From positions 22,213,317-22,277,316 of the forward strand of contig NC_092671.1 of assembly GCF_964355755.1 (NCBI RefSeq): DNA of 64,000 bases. Direction: 5' to 3'. Shown one piece after another: positions 28,909 to 38,537 of the stretch. The notes under the pieces are model-generated. The model was not told where the DNA came from and did not search any database. It was given only the letters and a program-made list of their open reading frames with translations. A program made the translations under genes and the position numbers. Origin of the DNA: Antedon mediterranea. Its lineage: Eukaryota > Animalia > Echinodermata. The number at the start of each line of letters is the position of its first letter. Within the stretch, counting starts at the first letter, position 1.

Positions 28909-29141
28909 GGCCAGTTAGCTCAGACGACTGACACGTATGTCGTGGGTTCGATTCCCACGCTGGTCGATGAAATAGAGTTAAAGGTATGCGACCAACTGTG
29001 TTTGGGGTTCACAGAATTTACGTCCCCCTTTCCACCACACATCTTGAGAAGGCACTAGCAATGCATCTGGTGATGATGTGGTGGAAACGACCCCAAGGCC
29101 GTGGCAGGGCCTTAGTGCTGAGGCAGGGAGAGCACATTTTT
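28909..29141 (+). mobile_element. tRNA-headed SINE-like or Pol III-type structured RNA unit
   Basis: Head GGCCAGTTAGCTCAG...GTCGTGGGTTCGATTCCCACGCTGGTCG (28909-28966) with perfect T arm GTGGG/CCCAC, pairing acceptor stem and an internal ~15-nt deletion; GC-richer body with several stems; ends in TTTTT. Confidence 0.55.
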
Positions 29142-29269
29142 AAATTTTTTTTTGGCTTTCGCTACATATATTTGATCTCGTAAATTTTATGTTTAGCGCC
29201 CTCAATTTAATGTAAAAAGAAATTAATTTATCTTCGTTACGTGTTAGAAGAGAATGTATGTCTCACCGT

Positions 29270-29390
29270 AGTTTGGTTTGCCGTTTGTTATTATGCAAAT
29301 TAGTTTTTGCAGGTGTAGTGGGAAAGATGGTATTGTTAGTAATTCGCGGTCAACACGCCACACTGTTGAATTTTGATGTTGTTAATCAAT
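29270..29390 (+). repeat. Diverged direct repeat, copy 1, with octamer ATGCAAAT (29293-29300)
   Basis: agtttggtttgccg...ttatgcaaat...ttcgcggtcaacacgccacactgttgaattttgatg is homologous to 30019-30089 joined to 38315-38365. Confidence 0.75.
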
Positions 29391-30089
29391 GTTGCTACAT
29401 TGGTAGCGAAATTTTCGATTCATGCAAGATATTGAATTGTAATATGTTATGAATAAACATTTATGGATGGTAGTTGGTATGTATGGCCGCACCGTCCCAG
29501 AATAAACATGTTTTAAACAGATAATTTGTCTCCGATGATTTTGGTATGGGGTTAATGGAGAGTGAAATAGATCAAATATAGAACATTTGCAAAGATGCCG
29601 ATTTCCAGACTGATTTCGAAACTTAGACTAATTCCGCCGCCGGGCTAGGCCTTAGGCATATACGAAGTCGAGTTTTTAAAGTAGAAAACTCTACCTAAAC
29701 TTTTGAATTCGCATCTGGATAGTTGAATTTTTAACAAATATCATAAATATCATAGGTGATTATGTATGGTAATAAGTATAAGTATAAGTGCAATTCTGGG
29801 CTCTATTTTCATTATTAGCTCTGCCCCAAACATGATGGACTAGTAGGCCTACTGGAGACCTAATATTTAATTTCATATTTCAATGAATAGATGCACTTTC
29901 CGGGGACAAGCTCTATTGTCCTTGTTAGTCTTATATATTTTGTTTCATATAATTTCAAATTATGTAAAGTACCATTTTCAGGCGGGAGTCTGTGCAACTC
30001 TATTTTTTTATTTTAAACAGTTTGGTATGCCGTCGTGGTTGTTATGCAAATGAGCTTGTGCACGTGTATTATGGGGAAGATAATATGTT

Positions 30090-30471
30090 CACCCGATTCT
30101 GCTACTGTCCACAGGTGCTATCTGTAAAACTATAGCAAGTTATACACGTTGCTGTCTGCTATAAATGCTGTACTTTTAACACACGGTACACTGTCTGTAG
30201 CACAGTGTGTGTTGACAATTTACAATGATGTACAACCATAGGCAGGTTTTCGTACTGCCATGCAAGAATGGATAGGTGTTTTCCGCCGCTTTTAGGCCTT
30301 CTAGTCAATTATTGTTATTATTATACGAATTACGTAATTAGTCTAGTAGCTCATCTACCTTTTTAGCAGGGCATAATGAATATTGTAGCTAGGCTAGGCC
30401 TACTAGTCTAGCGGGAAATCAACCAATTATTTGGTTGGATACGAGTTTAGGGTAGGAAGTTAAGTACGAGT
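30090..30471 (+). repeat. Left TIR, outer part (interrupted by the LINE)
   Basis: Reverse complement of ~37926-38307 with few substitutions. Confidence 0.93.
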
Positions 30472-30583
30472 AAAATGGATGGTGATGTGAACTGTGTATC
30501 TTGCCATAGGGTAACATGACAAACTGCATGGTATTAGCTGATCTATAGCCAGTGATTCTTATTAATTAGTTACTTTTGTAACA

Positions 30584-31642
30584 TTGGCAATGTCTATAAT
30601 GCGTGTAGTGTATATTTCTACCGTAATAACAACGGCAGTATCAGTTGGTATAGTGAAATGGAATGTTTACAATCCTAGCAAAATGCTAGGCCCACTGAGT
30701 CATCCAAGCATGCTTCAGAGGTATTGTTTTCCAGGCTACGGTGAGCTTCCTGCCCTGGAAATTTGTCAACACATGGACCCTGTTTATTCCGGGCAACGGC
30801 CTAGGAAATTTGGTAAATCAAGAATTCCATATACAAGCAATCATTCTTCAACATTCCAACTACTTCTTTCAGGGGACATTGACACAAATCCTGGACCAGA
30901 TAGGCCTAGGTCTGTTCCAGTTATTCTACCACAACATGGTGGAAGCAACGGTAGTAATGAAAGAAATGAACTTTCTGGAATGTTTTTCAATGCTAGAAGT
31001 ATCAACAGTAAGACTCATGCGCTAGAAATGTTCCTCAACAGTCAACGGTTTGATTTTATCTCTATTGTCGAAACTTGGTTGTCCTTGGATACTATTCTTC
31101 TCGTGAGTATGCCTTCAACCCACATCGTATTTCGGAGGGATCGTTCTAACAGGGGTGGTGGTATTCTCACTGCAGTACATACCTCTCTTGCACCAATTCG
31201 TCTAAATGACCTTGAACCTGACGATCTTGAGCTGATATGGGTGATGTGCAGTGGTCACAAATGTAAGTGGCTAATTGGCACCATATACCGTCCTCCGTCA
31301 TCCACAGTTGCATACTGGGAGAAACTCCAAGTTGCATTAACCAACATCGAACACAAGATTCACGACGTCACAGGTATCATCCTGCTTGGAGATCTTAACA
31401 TCGACTGGTTGGTGAACACATCTGGCAAACGTCATTTAGTTGATATAACGGAAACATATGGACTTCTTCAATTAGTCCCAACGTTCACTCGACCTTCATT
31501 GGATGATCCAACAGAAGGAACTCTTATTGATCACTTCTACATGAATCCGTCTGACAGTCTTTCGTTAATACAAACCGCAGACAATCCACTTGAATCTGAC
31601 CACTGTCGAATACAAATTTCAAATGCAAAAAGCTCAACCTGA
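30584..31642 (+). pseudogene. LINE ORF2 N-terminal part: 2A-like peptide and apurinic-like endonuclease domain
   Basis: Motifs FNARSI, IVETWL, RRDR..RGGGIL, IGTIYRPP, LLGDLNID, TLIDHF, SDH; LLLSGDIDTNPGP upstream; frameshift just after SDHC. Confidence 0.9.
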
Positions 31643-33188
31643 ACCAGCACTTATAAGGCAGTTTTTGTCTTATGCGAATGCCGACACTAATCATCTTAAC
31701 CAGTTATTGCACCTTGCCCCGTGGTGTATGGTGATTGACCATCAAGACATCAACTCATCTTGGGAAGGCTGCCTGGACCTACTAGAGGCCGCGGTTAGAG
31801 ACAGTGTCCCAGTGGTGATACGCAAGAAATCCAAGAACAAACCATGGATTACGATCGACATCTTACGGCTAGCCAACAAGAAACGAGCTCTGTTTAGAAA
31901 GTTTGTGAAGACTCAATCAATGGACATTTGGACTAAATATAAACAAATTAGAAATGATTTAAAATACAAGACCAAAAGAGCGTATTATAATTATGTAAAT
32001 AAGTTGTTTTCATCTCCTGACAACAAACGTAGATTCTGGGGACATGTCAGAATGAAACGTAATTCTTCTTGTGCTAGTGTTTTCATGCTTGATGGAACAC
32101 AAATTGAAAAGCCGGAAGATATCGCTCAGTGCTTTCAAAATGTCTTTTCGTCCGTTTTTGATTATTCTGAGAATATTCCAGATACTCCTTTACCTTGTTT
32201 ATATCCACTACCAACCTTATCTAATGTTTATTTTTCTGTTTCAAAAATCACTAGCATGTTGCAGAAACTTAAAACAAACAAGGCTGCAGGCCCAGACAAC
32301 TTGTCTCCCAAGCTTCTCCAGCTCTGTGCCCCGACATTTGCCCCAGTTCTTTACGAGTTGTTTAAAATTTCTATTTCATCAGGTTGTGTGCCAGAAGGTT
32401 GGAAGAGGGCACATGTCACCCCTATCTTTAAGAAAGGAGTGACTGCCGATTTTAACAACTACCGCCCGGTGGCTTTAACATCTGTTGTCGGTAAATTGCT
32501 GGAGAGGCTTGTGGTGCAAGCACTTCTAAAACATGCTACTGAAAATTGCTTGTTTATCGAAAACCAACATGGGTTTTTACCTAATAAATCATGTGCCACG
32601 CAACTTGCAACTATTATCCATGACTGGTCCTCTATTTTAGATAAAAGATCTCCACCCCATATTGATGCCATTTTTTTAGATATCTCGAAGACCTTTGACC
32701 GGATGCCTCATGACATTCTCCTCAATAGGCTTTCCCAGCAATTTAACATTACTGGTGATATATGGTACTGGTTAAAGTCTTTTTTAATTGAAAGATACCA
32801 AAAGGTTCAATTTAAAGGGTCTTCATCTAACTGGGTGGAGGTAACCAGTGGGGTACCTCAAGGTAGTGTACTTGGTCCCATTCTTTTTAACTTTTTTATT
32901 AACGATATTATTTGTTCACTTAAATGTAAAACTGCTATTTTTGCTGACGATACTCTTATTTATAATGCAATTAACTCTCTTCAGGATTCTCTAAACCTTC
33001 AAGCTGATCTGGACCGACTTGGTCTGTGGAGCCAAGCAAATCGCATGCCTTTCAATGTTATGAAGACGAATATCCTGCATGTCACACGTTTGCGTAACAG
33101 ACAGTTGTCTAAATACCTTTTGTTTGGCTCTCATATTAGTCCGGTGACATCTTTAAATATCTTGGTGTTACTTTTAACTCAAAATTGA
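31590..33188 (+). pseudogene. LINE ORF2 linker and reverse transcriptase domain
   Basis: KAAGPDNL, NYRPVALTS, NQHGF, FLDISKTFD, SGVPQGSVLGPILF, IFADD; frameshift at ~33152 before KYLGV. Confidence 0.95.
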
Positions 33189-33749
33189 CCTGGGATGACC
33201 ATGTCCATGTCATTGTTTCCAAAGCTAAACGTATGTTGGGCTTTGTTTGGAGTGTGGCTGGACATCGACCAGTGCATTTTTGTCTTTGTACAAAAGTCTT
33301 GTTTTGCCCGGTCTAGAGTATGCGCAACCTGCTTGGTTTCCATGGACGAAGTCTTTGTCAGATCAGCTTGAGGGGGTCCATAGGAGAGCAACTCGTCTTG
33401 CTCTCAAACAGCATCGTGGACAGATGTGCTATGAGGAGAGGTTAAATTTGCTTTCAGTTTCATCTTTGTCTGTTAGAAGAGATAAATTTCTTATTATATT
33501 TTGTTTTAAGGTTCTGGTGGGTTTCTGGACTGCAGCACAGTTCATGACTGTATTTTAATAAATACTCGCCACAATGATCGCTTGTGCTTCAGACATCAAG
33601 CATCAAGGACACAGGCTTTTTTTTATTCTATAGCAATCAGGTTACCCCGTGTCTGGGACCAGCTTCCCAGACCGTTGACAGATGCTGCAGTCCTAGAAAG
33701 CCCATCAGCCTTCATTAGAAAAGTTCATATTCATTTTGATTCACTGTAA
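33152..33749 (+). pseudogene. LINE ORF2 C-terminal part, in three frame-shifted pieces
   Basis: FKYLGVTFNSKLTWDDHV...KAKRMLGF, then LYKSLVLPGLEYA..W.P...LEGVHRRATR...YEERL, then RTQAFFYS...RVWDQLP...FDSL with stop TAA at 33747-33749. Confidence 0.85.
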
Positions 33750-33796
33750 CTGTTTTTTGTCTTTGTGTCTTTTATGTGTAAACTGACTTTGGGGTT

Positions 33797-33843
33797 GGGT
33801 CAACCGGCTCAGCTACAGTGATTAAGTTCACTTAGGTTGACCC
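33797..33843 (+). other. LINE 3' UTR stem-loop
   Basis: gggtcaacc (33797-33805) pairs with ggttgaccc (33835-33843); inner agtga/tcact stem; lies ~55 nt before the tail repeats. Confidence 0.7.
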
Positions 33844-33894
33844 TGGTCTCCCCAATTTCAGTTTTTTTTGTTTTCTATATACTTAAATAGACCA

Positions 33895-33922
33895 AATAAA
33901 TAATGAAATGAAATGAAATGAA
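33895..33922 (+). repeat. LINE 3' tail: aataaataa then (tgaaa)4
   Basis: Short tandem tail at the exact 3' junction, typical of CR1/L2-group LINEs. Confidence 0.85.
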
Positions 33923-33925
33923 AGT

Positions 33926-34442
33926 TGGCATGGGTACGTGTCGACCAGGGGTGAATCGACCAGAGTACACCCGGCCGCCCTACTAGAGCATATGCTACAG
34001 GCCTGCAGGAATGGGAAATCTGCCCTAGCTATAGGCATAGGCCTACATTGGGACGCCCAAAAAAGCCATCCTATGAGCATAAAAAGGCCTCGTAGAGCAA
34101 GACATGTTAACATATACTACACAGTACTAGTACGTCTACCATTTATTATAGTTCCATGGTACTACGGATCACTACTATCTAGGTCTAGTAGGCTAGGGTA
34201 GGTTTCCAGCAATTTTTTCAGGAGGGCATGTGAGAGGTGAGGTAGGTTAGCCCAGCCAGGCTAAACTAACATGTAAGTAGTATTCTACCATGGGATGGGA
34301 ACGAGTCGGCATGGGGGTACGGGTTGATCTTTATCCGTATTCTAGGGGGCTGGTCAACCCGTAACGTACCCATGTCAACTCGTACCAAACTTGGCTAACT
34401 CGTACCCAAATAATTGGTCAACTCGTACCAATAGCTTTATAG
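33926..34442 (+). repeat. Left TIR, inner part
   Basis: Reverse complement of ~37399-37925; one ~11-bp indel near 34208 / 37630. Confidence 0.93.
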
Positions 34443-37398
34443 CTTTATTGATAGTTTATTGATGTTTTTTGTATATGTTTTTAAGCAAAATTCTATCCAT
34501 AACCCTAATTTTTAATGTTCAATGTGATATTTATTGAAGTGCTTTGAATACGTTGACGAAATTTGGAGGTATGACACCTTGTTAGGAGTAGAATCAGCTT
34601 CCAGCATTAAATGTTAAAAATAAGTTTATATTACTCATTAATTAATAATAATTATTAATAAATTAATAGAAAACTAGCGAGGGCGCTTTTCGACAAGGAA
34701 ATGAATGATTTTTTATGTGTGTTATTTTTCCGCTCGAGTTTATTCAATGTAGTGTAATATACACTGTTACATACTATTTTATTGGGAAGTAATTATTTTT
34801 GTGTGAATCTTCTTGGAGTTGTTTGAAAGCCTATCCACTTATTTCTTTTCTTCAGAAAACATCTAATTTAGGTCTTAAAGTGACAAAAATACACCTCACA
34901 TCACCAACCTCCAACACACCAGATTCTACCAACACACACTTCATCTCCTGAACTAACATAGTACAGTATAAATCAAATTAATTGTTTAAAATTTTTTTAT
35001 TGAAATCAATCTGCCTCAAAAAATATTATAATACTAACAATAACAGAAAGGTAGATAGGTATTTTAATAATTTTTAAACTTAAAAATGTAAAAAAATACT
35101 GAATAAAAGTTTATACATACATTATAAATGAAATAAAATAACTACTATTTTAGTAATGCATACACAAGTACAGAATATCAGATTTCAATGAATTATGTTT
35201 CTAAATATGGCATTATTAGGCTAATTTGATTTGAGAAAACATTAATGCCATTGGCCTATACGAAAAATCAATGCAATTAGACAAAATAGTTACATAAACA
35301 ATTAATACTAATATTGGTAGGCATAACATAATAGTGTATATAAACTTTCCTTAAATATAAACAGTATAGGGCCTTACCAATTTATTTAATACATAATATA
35401 TGAACTATATTACACAAAAGAAATATCAATGAATTTATAAGGACATGATGATTATCAAAAATAGTCAATATAATTTAATATTATGTTCATATTATTATAT
35501 CATAGAGATTTTGAAAAACATAGTTTGGTAACATTTAGTTTCTGTTTCAGACCTTTAATATTTGGAAATAACATAATAATTATAAAACATTCTTTTTTTT
35601 TAATGCCATTATGCGGTTAAAAACAAGTACAGCAGTATGCATATGTAGATACAGTACACATATTGTGAGAACACAATTTCAATAATTTCTTTGTTAGTTA
35701 TCAACCTAGGGGTTAAATTTTTGGGAAAACATTGGTTCATTGGTTTATTTTTTATATAAATTATATGTGCAGAAATTCGTTCTTCTAGCCTCAGATCATT
35801 CCTGAAGCTAGACATAAATCACCCAAATTAGTATTAAGTAATTAAATGAATAGTAGATGAAGTACAGTACAAATACATGTTTCAGGAGGATACTTTATGT
35901 TAAAGGTGATAATTTTACCCTGATGAAATGTATTCAATTACCAGGTTGAAGTATGGTGGAAACACTACTATATGGCAAATTAAATGTACTCATATAGAAC
36001 ACAGTCAGTTCTACTAAGGTTAGAGGTGTGCCACAATTTGAGAAAAGTGGACACATGACTTTTTCAATAGTAAATTCATTACCAGCATTATAAATAAAAT
36101 TTTAAAAAGATGAGAATGCAAGTAAATATCAGATTCATGGTCCTCATTATACACAATGATTTTCTACTATCACATATTAAAATATAAAACAATCATATAG
36201 CCTTTAATGAATTTACATGGAGGTCTATCCAAATAAATTTAAATAAAAGGGTCGTAATATGTCTTCGTCTCCAGTTCGTGGAAATTGAAGTTAGGATTCC
36301 ATCATTTCAACAACAAAAAATATTCAAAATTTTCCTGCCAGTTTGCGTTCAAGAGTACAACCTGCTTAGTTTTTAATACGAGTACTGCTTTCTATACACA
36401 TAACTTTGATTTCTGAAAAAAAAAAACAACTCTGTAATAATGTACTTTAATTACTGTAATAATCTAGGCGTAGATTATGTTGACCAGACCAGTGAGAGGA
36501 CGATCGACTGTACAGTACTAACATAAGTCCACTAGGTGGATGCAACTTATTTCTTGTCTACAAAGTGTACAGTAGTATGCTAATAGTACTATTATTAGAT
36601 TAGGTAGTTGGAGTAGTTTGGAGAGATACATCTATTTATAAGAGAGTACTTTATTATTATAGATATAATACCAATAGGTACCATGTATTGGGATGCAATT
36701 CAACAGTTATGAATAAAAAAAAGCCTCTAGGCCTATGCTTTTTTCTGGCTGTGAAATATAAAATTGTTAAATGAAAAAGAAAATTTAGGGTGATCATCCC
36801 AGTATTTACAGTCTAAATTTGATCTTTATGCAACAATAGGCATAAACGATTTTTTAATTAACAGGTATAAAAGCAAATTAAAAGCCCTACGTACTCTGTA
36901 TGTTGGAGGAAATAAGCATAAGTGCAAATAAATCCTTGACCACAGGATGTAATTCACTATTTGGAATCAGTAGTACACGACTATGGTGTTGGACCATAAT
37001 GTGGTCCAGGTTGACGGGCCAGGAATGATGGTAGTGCCCAGTATACAGTGTAGTTTAGCCTCAAGGCAATACCATGTTGCTGAATTAGCTTGGAGAAATA
37101 CACTAGAGATTTCATGAGATTTGGTGTGTGATGATTCAGTTTGATAATTAGCTGTGAAAAAAAATTGTTGAATTATGAAGAAAATATTGTAAACTATAAC
37201 AAGGAAGTTATACTATAGTATAATTAAGGGGTAACCGTAAAATATATTATAATAATAAATGCAATGGGAATTACTATTACTACTAATATTATGTATACAA
37301 TACAATATTACAGTTAAATTCATAGGTCGCTATTATTTTATTATTATAAGGAAATCTGTTTTAGAATGAGAAAAAAACGTCCCAACCTAGATTTGAAC

Positions 37399-38307
37399 CT
37401 ATAAAGCTATTGGTACGAGTTGACCAATTATTTGGGTACGAGTTAGCCAAGTTTGGTACGAGTTGACATGGGTACGTTACGGGTTGACCAGCCCCCTAGA
37501 ATACGGATAAAGATCAACCCGTACCCCCATGCCGACTCGTTCCCATCCCATGATAGAATACTACTTACATGTTAGTTTAGCCTAGCTGGGCTAACCTACC
37601 TCAACTCTCACATGCCCTCCTGAAAAAACGCGACCGAAATTAATGGAAACCTACCCTAGCCTACTAGACCTATATAGTAGTGATCCATAGTACCATGGAA
37701 CTATAATAAATGGTAGACGTACTAGTACTGTGTAGTATATGTTAACATGTCTTGCTCTACGAGGCCTTTTTATGCTCATAGGATGGCTTTTTGAGCGTCC
37801 CAATGTAGGCCTATGCCTATAGCTAGGGCAGATTTCCCATTCCTGCAGGCCTGTAGCCTATTCTCTAGTAGGGCGGCCGGGTGTACTCTGGTCGATTCAC
37901 CCCTGGTCGACTCGTACCCATGCCAACTCGTACTTAACTTCCTACCCTAAACTCGTATCCAACCAAATAATTGGTTGATTTCCCGCTAGACTAGTAGGCC
38001 TAGCCTAGCTACAATATTCATTATGCCCTGCTAAAAAGGTAGATGAGCTACTAGACTAATTACGTAATTCGTATAATAATAACAATAATTGACTAGAACG
38101 CCTAAAAGCGGCGGAAAACACCTATCCATACTTGCATGGCAGTACGAAAATCTTCCTATGGTTGTACATCATTGTAAATTGTCAACACACACTGTGCTAC
38201 AGACAGTGTACCGTGTGTTAAAAGTACAGCATTTATAGCAGACAGCAACGTGTATAACTTGCTATAGTTTTACAGATAGCACCTGTGGACAGTAGCAGAA
38301 TCGAGTG
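37399..38307 (-). repeat. Right TIR, uninterrupted (~909 bp)
   Basis: Contains the empty site aagtacgagttggcatggg (minus strand) that is split by the LINE in the left TIR. Confidence 0.93.
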
Positions 38308-38537
38308 CTATGTTAATCATTCGCGGTCAACACGCAACACTGTTAAATTTTGATGCTGTTAATATTTACATTAGAATATTGTTCAAATCATGTAATTAAA
38401 ACATTTTCCGGGCGGGAACCCAGCAGCTCTCGAAAAGAACTCCAGGTGGAAAAGAAGCTCACCCATGAGTACTGAATATGAAGGAGTACATTGGCTTCTT
38501 TTGGAGGCTTTATGGCAGTCTTTTTACATGTATTTGA

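Larger units (their letters stand above)
30472..33922 (+). mobile_element. Non-LTR retrotransposon (LINE, CR1/L2 group), ~3.45 kb, nested in the left TIR
   Basis: APE and RT coding region, 3' UTR stem-loop, AATAAA then (TGAAA)4 tail; boundaries defined by comparison with the right TIR; agt present at both junctions (30469-30471, 33923-33925). Confidence 0.92.
30090..38307. mobile_element. Non-autonomous foldback DNA transposon with ~0.9-kb TIRs (Galileo/P-superfamily-like)
   Basis: Ends cacccgattctgctactgtcc and ggacagtagcagaatcgagtg; flanked by atatgtt (30083-30089) and ctatgtt (38308-38314), a 7-bp TSD with one mismatch; no transposase ORF visible. Superfamily is inferred from termini and TSD only. 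Confidence 0.85.

Noticed and set aside
29060-29110. Hammerhead ribozyme (ctggtga...gaaac...gt)
   Set aside because: Core deviates from CUGANGA, no stem II, and the cleavage triplet would be GUG.
31590-31642. Programmed frameshift between the APE and RT ORFs
   Set aside because: APE and RT are normally one ORF in this LINE group, no slippery heptamer is visible, and three more frameshifts follow: decay or sequencing error.
34443-37398. Transposase gene in the foldback interior
   Set aside because: No long ORF and no THAP or DDE motifs recognisable by eye.
37371-37402. tRNA 3'-half-like fragment on the minus strand (GGTTCAAATCTAGGTTGGGACG plus T7) at the inner end of the right TIR
   Set aside because: T stem pairs poorly and there is no A box or 5' half; too short to support.
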